Positions 1-13,389 of a DNA stretch of 64,000 bases are shown one piece after another. The stretch is from Dicyema japonicum (lineage: Eukaryota; Animalia; Dicyemida). The stretch spans positions 62,001 through 126,000 of the forward strand of contig RDEW01000028.1 of the NCBI GenBank assembly GCA_011109175.1, written 5' to 3'. The first letter of the stretch is position 1; each line of letters starts with the position of its first letter. The notes beneath the pieces are model-generated. The model was not told the origin of the DNA. It was given only the letters and a program-made list of their open reading frames with translations, and did no database searches. Both the position numbers and the translations under genes were made by a program.

Positions 1-239
1 CCATATCCTCTGAGACTAATCTGTCCCTTTGTGTGCATAGCAAGTTTGGGTGAGTCATTTGAATCAAGCCATGGTGGAAGGGGGAAGTTACATGGAAATA
101 TGCGAAACAACGGTCATTCCATATTCGGTGGATATGTTCGAAAGGATTTTATGGATAAATTTTATTCTTCAAGACTTTGCGATAATCCAGATTTTAAGAT
201 AATCTTCAAAAAAGATCTAAGAAATCCTTCATATGTTAT

Positions 240-870
240 TTACGTCCAACATGGTTTCAGGAGAGACCAATCTACTTCAACACACCTCACTTCATTGAAC
301 CAGTTCATTATTGAAGGCTTTTCTGCACAACCACATCTAAAATCGGTTTTGTGCTGTCTCGACCTACAAAAAAAATCCTCACTCAAAAAATATTTAGACT
401 ATCCATCAACTCGAACATAAAATTATGGTTTTCAAATTTCCTCAGCGGAAGGAGAGGACGTGTATGTTTGGATGGGATTTGATCAGTCTCAAGATTACTT
501 CCAAATTGAGTTCTCCAAGGCCCCCTGTCTCCTGCCCTATTCAACTTATACCTTTCCGACATTCCCAACCCAGTTATGGAAGACTCGATAATTCTCGCTT
601 ATGCTGATGACCTACTCATTATTTCACGTGATAAAGACCTCACGAATGCTTTAAATTCAAACTTGGCTACATCAAAACCGGATGAACATATCTCCCGAAA
701 AATGTTCCACCACTCTATTTACCTCGGATAAAAGGCTCGGAGGATGTACCGTTGATCTATTCCTGGACAACGAAAAAATCCTTTTTACGAAGAACCCTAA
801 AATTCTGGGAGTCACTTTTGATACGCCCATATTGAGAAGACCATTGGAACTTGTCAAAGGAAAATTGGTT
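240..870 (+). mobile_element. Degenerate APE-LINE reverse transcriptase remnant (LINE family A)
   Basis: Frameshifted RT motifs QHGFRRDQSTSTHLTSL, LDL.K, GVLQGPLSP-like, ILAYADD (atgctgatga near 601) and PKILGVTFD. Same motifs as the element at 40860-43656. Confidence 0.75.
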
Positions 871-1902
871 TAATTAAAACCATATTTGGTGGAATAAAAA
901 GCCAGTGAATGTGTTGGGTCAAAAGTCCAGCATCGGGAGAAGCTGAAAAAGCTCTTCAGGATTGTCACCTAATTAACTTCAACGAAATTAAATATTGGTG
1001 TTTTTGGGTTAAATAAATAAATGCTGGAATCCGATTTTATTTCACAAACCACGTGTTGTCAATGATAAAAGTAACCAGTTGAGGCTAATTAGCTGTGAGG
1101 GAGATTGATTGCTGAGTTCATTCACTTGATTGGCTAAATTTAGTGAAAATGCGTGGAAACGTGGTAAATTTAGATTATTAGTGAGCAATTTTGTAGTGGG
1201 GTTGTCGTTGTGACTTGGGTTACTAGCATCGTTAACATGCTTCCTTTATCGACTGAGCAAGATAGGTTCCTCAAAAATGACTCAGGGGAGACCAAATAGA
1301 TGCTCGATGTACCTATGGGAACACATGTCACTCACGCTGTGAGGCAAATTAACTGTCAATCTTGATTTCTGAACAGTCAATATAAAACTTGCATTCAAAA
1401 ACCAGAGAAAAACCTAAAATTGTTTTTTAACGAAATTTGGAGACTTAATAAAATAAAGTCGTTCATTTACTTATGAAAGCACAAACATCTCCCTGCTATA
1501 AACTCCTAATCCCTAAGTTTGATTACAAAAAATTAATAGGAAATAAAGGAAAACATGAAAACCGCATTAATAATCTGAAATTTAATGACGATAAATCAAT
1601 AAAGCAAATGGGTCAATGCATAAATGAAATTATCTGATTACACTAGGGAATATTTTAAATCTCCCCTCAGCATCACAGGGAGGACTACCCTCAATTGAAA
1701 GAGTTCTTTAGGTAGTTCTCAACTGTTTCTCTCAGGAAAATCACTTAAAGTTCGTTTGAGTCACCACAACTCTTCTGCATTTAAACCTATCGATGAAGCA
1801 ACCTGTACTCTAAACACACAAAAAGCCTCCACTACCTACTTCCCCACATAACAAAAGATGAACTTCCCACAAACAACCACAACACTCAATAGAATAAATA
1901 AG

Positions 1903-2898
1903 TCACAGTCTCCTCCTTGCATTGAAACTATTATCCTGCAACTTCTTCTGCACCCCAAATCTAACAGTCGGCACACCAAAGTCAGCACTCAGCACCTTCA
2001 GAGTGTCATTCCTCTGAACCAACTCCAAGATCTCTTCCTCAACCTTCCAACCCAAGGCCTGGGGACACTGGTTCGTCACCCTCAGCTCCTTCATGGTACC
2101 GTTCACATTCACGGCACGCAGAATCTCCACAATCTTCCTACCACTCAGAAAATTGGAGTTTAGATTCAGTTTCTCCAAAGTACAGTTACTCCGCAGAGCC
2201 TCCGCTACCACATCAACAAATCTGTTCTGAAACCTCGTTGCGGACATCGACAGTGACACCAGGGTACTGTTCGTCTTCAGGGCCTCAAAGATCTCGCGGA
2301 ATTCGTCATCAGTGATGTCCTGGATATTATTTAGGTTTAATTCCGTCATTCCGGAACAATTTTTCTGCAATTTCTTTATCGATTCTTCGACACACGTGTC
2401 ATTTTCAGGTTCCTCTGGGTAATACTTCATTTCCGGAGGCTTTACATGTGAATTTGTCTCCGATTGAGTCGTTAGTCCATGAATCCCCAGAATAGCTTAA
2501 ATTAAGAGCACACGCACCTGCAAGTTCACTGAAATCTTCAGGACTGCAGTTGTTCAGAGCTTCACGGATCGAGTCATCGAGGAGGTCAGTTTTCGGAGGA
2601 TCGACCACGATATGAGCTTTTTTTTTGATTATTTAACGCTTAAATAAAGATAATCTAACAAACGTTTATCTTTCTTAATATGGGGGACTAATTCTGGCCA
2701 ATCCTCCTCGTTTTTCGCTGTGGTCTCCATGAAATTCCTCAGTTTATCAATGTCCAAGGGGCCGGTTGGCTGTTTGTCGCATTTGTAGACAGGAGTTGAG
2801 TCATTACCGTAAAGGTACTGCTGAAGTTCCTCCAATTCCTCCTGAGTTGTGTTCATAAGCATTTCTTCTAGATTTGAAAGATCAATGTTCTGCGCCAT
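1903..2898 (-). CDS. TMOD: Tropomodulin (multi-exon)
   Basis: N-terminal helices (EELEEL..., TGPLDIDKL); ELAAILGIHGL is restored by removing the 22-nt intron 2496-2517; LRR cap ELNLNNIQDI...LEKLNLNSNFLSG...ELRVTNQ; C-terminal ARRRL. The junction near 2618-2660 needs either a 47-nt intron or a 25-nt intron plus a 1-nt fix in the T9 run. Confidence 0.92.
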
Positions 2899-3094
2899 TA
2901 ATAATAACTAATGTTGAATTGATTTTTAAATATTTTATTATTTTTTTTACATTTATAAAATTATTAAAACTGTTAGTAATAAATCAAAATAGTTTGTCTT
3001 ATCATTTGAATTAGATCTAATCAAATGACAAATTATGATTAATATTAAGTCACGTGTCCAAGTCAATAGCAATTACGGGGTCATCGCAAAACTA

Positions 3095-3357
3095 ATGGAC
3101 AGTATAAGAGTCAAATTTAACTCTACCAAGAGAATGGGTAAACAACTGAGCGTGCTAAGGTTTGAAAGCTGAGCAGATGCCGCAACAGTCATATATACGT
3201 CAGAGTGAGTTTACTATCTCTAATATAATTATTCTTTTAGTTCTAGTGAGAATACAGCACACAAGGAACGTTAGTGTATCTGTTGCTTTTTCAGTTCAGT
3301 CAGTTACTCTTATACAATATCTCCCGTGTCAAGAATTCATCCTCCGTGAAGAAATAA
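3095..3357 (+). CDS. Putative 59-aa spliced micro-gene of unknown function, head-to-head with tropomodulin
   Basis: Three canonical introns (3138-3159, 3205-3240 GTGAGT...TTTTAG, 3270-3294 GTTAGT...TTTCAG) give an open frame MDSIRVKF...NSSSVKK*. No recognisable homology. Confidence 0.3.
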
Positions 3358-3590
3358 AAGCATACAATGAGCCTGCCATAGATGATTAATAGTTCAATGG
3401 TCAATTTAACTCAACTACTGTCAGTTTACAGAGTTCCACGTGTCAGCAAACAGTGGAACTTATTGTAGTACGTCACTCAGATGAATAACCTCAAACCACA
3501 TCGCGATAAAGCTTTAAAAGTTTTCCTCTCTGAGATATCTCAACTTTTTTCTTCAATTTTTATAGGGGTGATACACGAAAAAATAAGAAA

Positions 3591-3679
3591 ACAAAGAAGT
3601 GAAGAGCATTTCTTGGTTCTCCCTCTACGATTAGTTATAATAACTGTTCTTTACTTAAATAAAGTGTGTGTTCTGCACG
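3591..3679 (+). repeat. Dispersed ~90-bp repeat, copy 1 (inverted copy at 6804-6888)
   Basis: acaaagaagtgaagagcattt(c)ttggttctccctc...gattagtt...ataactgttcttt...taaataaagtgt matches the reverse complement of 6804-6888. Confidence 0.8.
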
Positions 3680-3746
3680 AGCGAAACCCTAGGCATCTTA
3701 CGTGCTTATGGCAACGAAGAAGTGTTTACTTTTGTAGGCGTTATTA

Positions 3747-3830
3747 GATCCACTTATTTTAGGAGACACCCAATGCCTGGCCGGCATTCAAAAAGGATCC
3801 ATCTCTCCCCTACTCCTGTGAAAGAACTCC
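3747..3830 (+). repeat. Short retroposon-family fragment (GATCCAC family)
   Basis: gatccact...aggagacacccaatgcctggccggcattcaaaaaggatc aligns with 44563-44612 and 54806-54857. Confidence 0.7.
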
Positions 3831-4014
3831 CATAATTGATGATAATTGGAAGGACGTGCAACATACCGTAGAACAAAACTTATCACACCTAAATGATAAG
3901 ATTCTGGTACTTATTTTCGAACTTAACAATTCATGCGTAACAATATACGACATTTTAAAAACTCATTAATTGGTTCAAGATTTCTGTCTGTTTTGCCTGT
4001 TCCTCCTCTTCCTT

Positions 4015-4230
4015 TCCTACTGTCTCAGGTGGCACGAAAAAGGATCATTTGCTCTCCCCACTCTACTGCAGGAGTTTCCAAAACTGCAAGGAATTGACGT
4101 CTTTTACCTTTAATGCTGGTTCCGGATGGACTTGTAAGACATTGAAGGACCCTGTGACAGTGGAAACTACACTTGATTAGTTGTTTACTGTTAACTTCTT
4201 TCTTGGTGTATCCGGGGTTAATAATAACAT
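4015..4230 (+). mobile_element. Short retroposed element / LINE 3' end with (TAA)n tail
   Basis: Colinear with the TSD-flanked insert at 44560-44778 (aaaaggatcatttgctct...ttccggatggac...gtggaaact...ttagttgtttact...ggggttaata). Confidence 0.75.
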
Positions 4231-4760
4231 TCAATTGACAATTGTGCTGTAAATACCATTCATAAAAACCTTGGTGCTTTGCAGATCCAAAGACAGTGCC
4301 ATCAGTGCTAGTAACCGAGTCGGTTCACAATACTCCTAGTCCATCCCGAGGTTGATGGAAGAAAGTATTAATACCAAGCTTTAATAACAACCCCTCAAAT
4401 AGAGTCACTGAATCGATATCAGATCGTGAAAAACTAGGTTAACTGATCTGCTTTGATTAGGAATTAAAATGCTAATAATATATAAATCAAAGGGATGACA
4501 TTGATGGCTGCGACCTAATGAAAATCAAACAAAAATGTCATTAACGCCCACTATTCTATTCGACATTCAATTGCAATCAAAACAGTCCTCTTGATGAAGA
4601 CAGATTAATTACCCCAAAATCTAAAATTTCGAAGCACATTGACGATCGACAGCAATTGATGAGTACCTTGAGTATAAAATCCCCACAAAGAACAGAGGAA
4701 TAATCCAAGTGACTTATAACTCACAAAAAAGCACCAACAAACATATCAAAAAAACAGGTA

Positions 4761-5619
4761 TTACAGAGAACTACACCTTCTAGAAGGACTAGCATCTTCA
4801 GAGTCTGACTCCCCGAAATTATGGATCCACTTTTGCTAGAATATCAACAAATCCCATACCAGAACACTAGAAGACCCTTGGAATCTATCAACAAATCCGC
4901 GGATCAGATTACCGATTCCGTATATCCTGTTCCTGATTGATATCTCCTTAGCTTTCATAAACCCACGTTTAGATCAGCTGCAGTGCAACCACGTGCCATA
5001 TTCCTCCGCAAATAAACGTCATAATCACGAATTATGCGACAGATCACTTCCGTAGTAGATATTCCCTCGGTTCTCTGAGTAGTCAGGAACATCCCCCGTG
5101 CTTTTATATCTTTATAGACATCCTCGACTCCAGCTGCCCCGTAGGGGATGTCATCGTGTGCAACAAAATCAATCTTCATAAATAATCGGAACCAACCTTG
5201 TTTTCCTTCAAAAATTCATCAGTGATACTCCACGGAGCATTAGTGAGTACCTCGTCGACGTACCTGCAGTGCCTTACGGCTTCATATCTCTCATCTTGAT
5301 TCATAACTGTCTGCCCTTTCATCTTCCATGTGAGTTCATCACTGCAGACTGAAGCCATTAGACCAAGGAATACCCCCCACAATTAAGTAGGCGTCTGGTA
5401 AGGCATTTTTCGCCTGCATGAACTGCCTTGCGTGTCCCGAGTGGAACATGTCGAAGATCCCATCTGCGTATATCCTCGGCCTCCTTGGGGCTGTTAGCAA
5501 TCAAATATGACAATACCATCTTTGGAAGTCTCCAATGTAAGCCTAATAGAATAGTCAGTCTCCTCTCTGCGGTCTTGGGCCAATGGGTCATGGCTAAAGC
5601 AAGCTGGCGGAACGTACAT
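4761..5619 (-). CDS. PCYT1: Choline-phosphate cytidylyltransferase (CCT / PCYT1-like), multi-exon; start uncertain (could extend to ~5723)
   Basis: [23 protein letters not shown] (HxGH motif), [43 protein letters not shown]. Several 23-26-nt introns and one apparent 1-nt deletion at 4959-4961. Confidence 0.93.
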
Positions 5620-6803
5620 ATCGTAACTGAAAACGCCTATCACTCCTATTATCGTTTTCACTGCGGTTATTCTACGCTAATGACCTGACTGATTCGTTTA
5701 ACAATAATTCTAATTAGCTTCATTTAATTTAATTAGTTTTCTTATTTTCTACAATTATTTTACTTCAAAAAATCTAATTATTAATTTTAGTCATAAAGAT
5801 GAAATATTTAAACTCGACGGCTTTATCCAAAATTGAACTTTCGGTTATTTTGGAGGTGGATTTATTGATCAGATATATCAGAGATCCCCGAAGCCTTCAA
5901 AGATGGCTAGGATGTTAACGAACTGAAACTCCGATTTGATCAGGCCGATATTTGCATTAATGCCCTTTGAAATTAAAATTGCTCACATTTATGATCAGTT
6001 TAATTATTCTAATAATTCGCTGATTTTTTATTTGCCATGTAGTTAAAACAGAACTCACTGATTTCCTCAAAAGTACAAGTTAACCATGGAACAGAACAAG
6101 ACACAACTTTATTAGGAAACGAGATCGTTAACTAAGGTTCGTGAGGAGATTAATCCCAGGGAGATGTCGAAATTTTAACTCCCCTTTTTATCTTTCCATA
6201 CAAAAAGTAGTTTAAAGTGATTTAATTGTAAGGAAAGTTGAAGGAAACTCAATGTTTCAACTAGGGACTCTCAGACTAACCCTGAACACCTGAAAAGTTA
6301 AGTCACTAATTTTTGGTTTTCGCAGCCTGAATGGAATTCGATCCTTTCCGATCCTTTTCGAGATCATTCCAAAGGCTACAGATAACCAAACACATAAAAT
6401 ACTTGGATGCCACCCACAGAAGGTAATCAGTGACACTCAAAACACAAGACAACTAAAATGACATTCACACGTCTGGATATGGTTGATGCGATACATCAGT
6501 TTCCCACTGAAAAACGCCTTGTCAGCGAGCGCTAAAAAGTTAACTCTAAACAATCAACTCCCTCTTCATGTCCACTACCGAACGAAAAAGAGGAAGAATT
6601 ATTTTTTGTTATAAGTTAACAAAGTGTTAAAAAATTATAAACAAGTTGCAGTTCAAAACCACCAAAGATAAAACTCGAATATCTTAGTAGCGACAACTTG
6701 TAAAAGCAAAATTCCCCGGGAAGAATCAAAATCGATTTAAATAGATGTTTGTAGTATAATACATCACTTTACGGAAAACCATATTAGCTATAGCTCCTCC
6801 CAG

Positions 6804-6888
6804 GCAGGACATACACTTTATTTAGGCAAAGAACAGTTATCACAACTAATCTGAGGGAGAACCAAAAATGCTCTTCACTTCTTTTTGT
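6804..6888 (-). repeat. Dispersed ~90-bp repeat, copy 2
   Basis: Reverse complement matches 3591-3679. Confidence 0.8.
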
Positions 6889-8500
6889 TGAACATTTCAG
6901 GAGTGAGATGTTCACTGATGACGGCGTCACTCGTCAAGCAAATGCATCGTAGAGGGTGGAACCTTCAACCAAAATGTACAGCGACGAGATTCGGACTAGG
7001 GACCACCAGGCCTTGCCCGGCAATCATTACACTGCATCAACCGGCAGATGTTCTATGGGAAATAATAAATTCAAATATTCATATGTCAAGGTCCATAAGT
7101 GTGTCCATGCCAATGGTCTCGACTGCTACCAAATTTACTAAAAATTGGTAGACTACTTAATGCCGTATAGTAAGAGAACCCGGGGAGGTAAGTCAAAGTT
7201 ATCACTTTAAATCAAATGGTTACTGCCTTCACGAGGAAATGAAGCCATAGACAAAACTTTCAGAAACTTTTCAGAGCAGAGAATTTTTATAAACCACCAA
7301 ACTCAAAACAATGATTAAAGTTAGGAAGAAAACCAAAGGCCATGAAACAAATTTTGAGGTTCATGTAAAGGGTCAATTTATGAGACACCGTATGTCTCTT
7401 CTTCACTGACGTGAATTAAGTATCGAAGAGGTGTAATATTTGATTAATCCATCTAATATTCTCTGCATTGAAGTGACAATTTAGATTTTAAATCAAGCTA
7501 AGCCAAATGATAGCATATCTTTTGGATCAATCTAAAACAAAGTTCACTCTTCCCGTTCCTTTGACTCCATCCTTGAAAACCATAAATCAAAACTTGTTCG
7601 ATACTAGGAAAAGTATCTGGAATATATGAAAATGCAAGAAACTTCAAAATTGCAATTACTTTGCCTCATAACTTTGATGTAATTTTTTTGAGATACCTTC
7701 TGATCTACACACTCTCAAAGGTATAATAAAATCTCTCGAGTCCGCTGATTTTAGACCGGCTGCAACAAAGAGGAAGTTCTTGGAAACAAAATAAAAATAT
7801 TAATAAACTGTGATTTGATAAGGACTGTGTTGTTAAAATCAGCAATAAATTTTTATTATGATCTACTGATCCCATGTCTCCGTGAAACTCAAGACTTTTC
7901 CAGCCTCCCACAACTTTGTTTAAATGACGGATCGTTTTTGTGATTATTATAGATTCTGATAGTTTATCCACTTGACTCAATTAAGTTATCCATGCGATCA
8001 TGGATTAATTTTAGTTTGGAATTCTTGCTGTGTTTATGTTTTTACATCAGTCCTATTCAAACGGTCGGATTTTGATGTAAGGTCGTTTATAGCTCTGTGA
8101 GAAATCGTCCTTTTCGATCTGAAAGAAAAAATCCTGGAAATTTGAGACGCAGACACTGACGGGTTTTCAGGTATATAGCGAAGTATTGAAATTTTTTGTT
8201 GATAGAAAGTCTAACACAGCAAAGCATCTCATTAGCGTGTCTATATTAATGAAGAGCGGATTCGAGAAACAGGTGGATTCGAGAATTTTCCATAGGAATT
8301 TCTAAATTTTAGATTAAAAACAAGCGGATTCTGGAGGTTGGATTACTTCAAATAATCCCGGATCTGACCCGTAATTCTCTTTTCATTATTCCACATCCAA
8401 GAAACTGTAAATTGTTCCCGAGACACAATTTTTCAATATTTTTAATATTTCCCGAAAATCCGGTCCAAAATAAAAAATTAATTTTGCTTTGATCTAAACC

Positions 8501-8720
8501 AGCGTTTCTCAACATATTTTTTCTGGTGAACCGCTAATTTTTAATATAAAATTTTATACTACACACAATGTTATTTTAACTTGACTTTGGAGTGTCATTA
8601 GAAATATAAGTTCTAAATTGGTTCCCTTGCTCCTATGACGTTGTAATTCTTGAGTCGTCTTAAACAGGTTTCCAGAATGGAAGGCGCATACTTGTGTAAG
8701 GCAGCGTTAAAGCTTATCAG
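8501..8720 (+). mobile_element. Possible hAT remnant (one TIR-like end)
   Basis: Begins cagcgtttctcaac, similar to the hAT TIR at 37673. Downstream AYLCKAA weakly resembles the hAT dimerisation motif TYLCE. No partner TIR found. Confidence 0.25.
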
Positions 8721-9129
8721 AATTTTTTTTGGTAAAATTAGATCTATATAAAAATCTGATTATATGCAAAAAAGTAATAGTTATTAATTTAAAAATTATA
8801 TTTTTTTCAAAAACCAACAATTTAGTTCAACAACATGATAAATTCTTGAGTGGTTGTAAAAGAAAATTGACGAATAGTGAAGATTTTAATAGTAGCTCAA
8901 ATAGTTTCAAAATATTTTGAAACTATTCATTCTGAATATGTTCATAAGTCCGAAGATATTTTTAAAGGAAATTTAGAAGAGTTGGATAAGAAAACGAAAA
9001 AGTTAAAAAATTTCATCAAATGCTTTGCTAGCTTCGTACAGGTTTCTTAGAGAATTAAAATGTAAGAAACAATATCGGAGATGTTGGCTTATGCAAAACA
9101 ATTACGGCAAATACCACATTATGATAACA

Positions 9130-10100
9130 CAGTCGCTAGAAGCTGCCAGTGCTGAAGATTATAGCGGGAGAATGGATTTCCAAAGTGGGGAAAAGCGGGA
9201 CGAATCAAATTGCTTGAGCAGCAACGCTCAAGGGATCAGAAATCTGTCCGGGGAGGCCTTATACACTTCTGTGAATCATTTGGACTGTTCCTTTTGTAAC
9301 ACGTCTCATTCTAAAGCGACGATTTGGAATTTCTGGAGCACTGGCAGCTCGTACGCGGAGCATGACTTTGGCTGTGGAGGCTCTATGTGCTTCAATACCC
9401 GTATAAAGTACGGCGAGAAAATATCGAACCTGTTGGAAAATGCGACACGAATATGTCACCCGGGCTGCTATGGAAGAATATTTCTATCAGAGTCAGGCAG
9501 GCTGCTGGGATGGTACTGGGAAATCGCCCAAGGAGGTTCAAGGGAACTTTTGACAAAGAAATAGAACTGTCAATTAACCAAAGGAAACTCGACGCTTAAT
9601 CGAGTCGTCAAACTTTTTCAAAAAAATTGTGGGCGATCTGGAATGCGGCGATAGTACATAGGCACTCGCTTTCGAATTCGGTTGTACAACATCTTTATCG
9701 AACCAATTCTACTTTATAACGCGAGGACCTGGGGCCTAACCACCAAAGAACTGGAGAACCTCAACTTTTTACACAGAAAACAACTACGAACCTCTTCTGG
9801 GAATCTACTGGCCAAGACGACCTCTACAGAATCACTCAAACCACAGATTGGGAATAAAGTGACTTGGGCGAAATAGCAGCTCTTTGGACATATCATAAGA
9901 GCTTCGGAAATGGCCAATCAGGTCATGGAATCATACTTTTCTGTATTAAACAAAACAACGTATCGAGGTCGACAAAGAACTCACTTGCAATGGGAAGAAA
10001 ACTGAAAACAGGAGAGGATCTGGATGATCTGATGGCGGTTACAAGAAACAGGGAGGATGGAAACGTATCCAGAGATGCATGGCAAAAGTGGAATCTCAAA
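9130..10100 (+). mobile_element. Internally deleted RTE-family LINE (endonuclease fragment plus C-terminus, RT core largely absent)
   Basis: IIAGEWISKVG and GIRNLSGEAL..FCESFGLF (endonuclease), then YNIFIEPILLYNARTWGL...LHRKQLR and LFGHI (C-terminus). Matches the family at 31364-34393. Confidence 0.75.
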
Positions 10101-10229
10101 TTAGTTAACTTTTCTGGTTTCGCGGACATTGCTAATAATAATATCCAATGAATGGCTTTTCAGTGGAAATCAGACCAATTTCATATTCAATAGTTTGAGG
10201 AAGATGGTCGCTTCCTACATCATTCTCCA

Positions 10230-10700
10230 CATAGTAAACATTTCACTCGGATCCGGAGGCACAACAAACAAGTTTATCTCTACTGTGAGGAAAGTTTTAA
10301 TATCGATTACATCCAAAATCAGTAATGTTTAGCATTCAAATCCCCCAATCAAAATCGGTTTATTATTATTTAAAAATTTTCAACAATCCATGGGTATTCC
10401 CGTAGCTTTTTAGAATAGATTACTCCAATAGTTTGTAGTTGCCAGCTAGTTCACATGTAGTCTCTTCAATAACTTTAGACATTCTTGTATTCAAACTTGA
10501 TTTGAAATATATCCAGTTCCTTCTAAGGGATATCAATTGAGTGGTAGCCAGGGTGATTAAATTTACCAAGGTTCTTAATTTTTGTCTCATTCACTACTAT
10601 AACATCCATCTGGACTACTACAACGTCACTGATAAGAGCTACCAGCTCTGACGCCCGAGAGAGCGAGTGTTGATTAGGATGATTTTGGTTACATAGGATT
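10230..10700 (-). mobile_element. APE endonuclease remnant of LINE family B
   Basis: KIILINTRSL, DVIVVNETKIK and KPILIGG.LNAKH (frameshifted) resemble the endonuclease at 40045-40635. Confidence 0.65.
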
Positions 10701-11139
10701 TGTTTGATATCTGTCCTCTTTTCTTAAGATGACCATCAGGCCAAGTAAAAACATGGCATCCTTCTTCGTTTTTGTCATACTTTTAATGCTTAGGGAGAAT
10801 TAGTTTAACAATACATTGAAATCGCTCCACTTCATGAACATTTCTTTTTACTGTTGACTTTTCCCGTTTATTAGAATTATTCCATATTCGCTGGAGTGCT
10901 TACAGATTGGGTTTGGACCATCGGTCAGTAATCCAATCTCAGTTTTTGAAATCCGAAAAGTGATAAGGTTTCACCCGTTCCGTTTGGCTTGATCAGATCT
11001 TTAAGTAAGACTTTATCCATTTTGAATTCATTAGCTGCTTTGCACAAGAGAAACCTCTTTAGTTAGCCATGTAATTAGTTGATCTATAATTTATGCACTT
11101 TTATCGTTCTTACCGTCAAATTGCACTTCTTTCAAGCCG

Positions 11140-11230
11140 AGCATCCGAAAACTGCTGAGGGAGGCCGGAATCGGTAAATTTTTTTAATTCTGGCTATGAC
11201 GGTGTTTTTTTTGTTCAATAAAAAATAACA
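11140..11230 (+). mobile_element. LINE 3'-end fragment
   Basis: ctgctgagggaggccggaatc...tatgacggtgttttt matches 54040-54110. Confidence 0.65.
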
Positions 11231-11699
11231 ATGATACCTAAAAATTAAGAAATACGTAAAAGTTCATTTTTGAACCAGTCACCGTGAATAATTAGGAATC
11301 ATAGGAAGCAGGTATAATGTGACCTGTCACCTTTCTATCACTGATCCTGCTAAACAGAATCGGATCGCGAAGAATAAAAATGATAGGAGAGGAAGGAGTT
11401 GGCTCATTGAGGGTATTTCCTTGCAAATTGTAAGGGGAAATGCGTTTTTAATTATGAGAGCAGCCAGTAGTTGTTAACTGTTAGTTTTTGCATTAAAAAT
11501 AAAAATGATTCATGTGACATGTATGGGCATTGTTGAGACAACCTTTAATAAACTCAAGGCTGCACTTCTAATTTGGTTGTCAATTCCGTTCCAACTTAGA
11601 TCGGATTGACAGTTTCATAATCTCGATATGGTTGTTATCTTTTCCGAATGTCAGCATTTGTGTTTAATGATTCAACCGAGATCCTCCATGATGTTTTTG

Positions 11700-12512
11700 T
11701 GTTTTTGCAGTTGCGCCTTGGGTGGTTAATTTGAAACGAGAATTGATTGCTTATTGATCGCTTGAGACCAATGTGCCTCCATATGATCGTGAATAACATT
11801 TATTTGTCTTTAAAGCGCTCGGTTACGCGTAGCGCCTGTGACATAATATGTACTCTATCTGATTGTAAATGGGTATTCTCTCATCTCTAATTTTCCGCTG
11901 ATCAATTCAGGTGTCATATGTTTTGCTGGGTGTTTGAAAGCAGAATTGCATATGTACAGCCAAGCTGCTGTAAAAAAAGTCAGCAAGTGCATCTCCATTG
12001 GCGTTTCTTTTGCCTCTGCTGTGACTTCCAATTAATCTTCACCATAACACCGTCTTCCAACTGTCGAGTTCCAATCCCCATCAATAAAAACATAAGTGCA
12101 CCTGTGGATATCTAAAGTCGAAGACAGTACAGTGTAGAATAGGTCAATTTCATATTGATTATTCGCAGTTACCATGGTGGGAGCATAATTTATTAGTGTT
12201 AGTAATTTATTGATAATCCATATCTGTATTATGCAAATCATGTCATTGATTTTACAATACTTTTAATGCTGATAACCCATCCCCTACAGTCAGAAACATA
12301 AATTTCCATAGTCTTCATAAAGTTCGGCGGATACTTTAGTTTCATGAAGCTACACCGTAATGCTATAGATCTTTCCAAAGCTGATTTTTTGCATTTCAGA
12401 ACTGATACTCTCACAGAAATGATCATTAAGCTGAAATTCTTTCGTCCATAGTGTTTTAAGACATTGCGAGTAATAATAAGTACTAGAGAGGGACGTCACC
12501 ATCTCAACCAAA
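11700..12512 (-). mobile_element. RTE-family LINE, degenerate 5' portion
   Basis: Conserved 5' motif at 12486-12509, ATGTCT at 12464, and endonuclease motifs YAPT, FIDGDWNSTVG, IYNQIEYILC. Confidence 0.75.
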
Positions 12513-13389
12513 ACAAGAACTTAATATTCTCTTGATAAACATAGTTTACTTTTATATTTTAAGCTACGGATTAGGAGTCCCTATTTGTGATAGTAAAATT
12601 TTGCATTCCCCTCACAAAGACATCACATTCTATGTGAGTATCAAATCCATGTATGCTACTTCAACAGTACGGTTACCCTCAATTTGATTCACATATGATT
12701 CCTCATTCATCGAGCATGTTAGAAGGAAAAAGTCGAAAGGGATCCGTAATTTATGAATAATCCGCTTGTTTAAGGGATTATGGTACTCAATTACTTAAAC
12801 GGTTTATTAATGAATTGTAAATAAGGCATATATCACAATAATTTATTGTACTCAACACGTTTTCTTATAGGCACAGTTTTGAATTTCTTTATTTTGGGGA
12901 CTATTGGCCTTCTACCTCCGATTCTTCATGTCGTCTTTAAATTACAGAGGAGACCGAGACTAAGGAAATATGAAGAATCACTATTTACTAATTTATGTCA
13001 ACCTTTATGGTCGTACAATTTACCACGTGCAACAGGTCAATGGTCATCTCCGGTCTTCCCTGCAGTTATCCAGTAGCCGAGAAACCACTAACGTACTAAA
13101 CACTCCCTTCTATAAAATCCATTTAGGTGCTTTATATACTCATCAAAGCAGGGACTGACAACACTACGTTCAACAGAAAGGTGGTACAAGATGATTGTCC
13201 CACTAGAATTAAAAAGAATCAGAATATTTTGGAGATAGTATCCAAAATCCTAGTTAACTAACTTCCAAGAACTATAGGTAATAAAATACTCCTTATCTGC
13301 TAAAAACACGTATAATAATCATAAAAGGAAGATTAAAAAATATCGTACAATTATTAAGTTAGAAAGTATATTTCCAATAAGCACATAAT

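Noticed and set aside
6236-6325. snRNA or spliced-leader RNA (short hairpins followed by Sm-like AATTTTTGG)
   Set aside because: No U1/U2/U4/U5/U6 signature sequence is present; the stems are short and expected by chance in AT-rich DNA.
6458-6530. Gypsy RT remnant (MTFTRLDMVDAIHQFP resembling FSKLDL..AYHQI)
   Set aside because: A single short motif, with no flanking RT, RNase H or integrase motifs in any frame.
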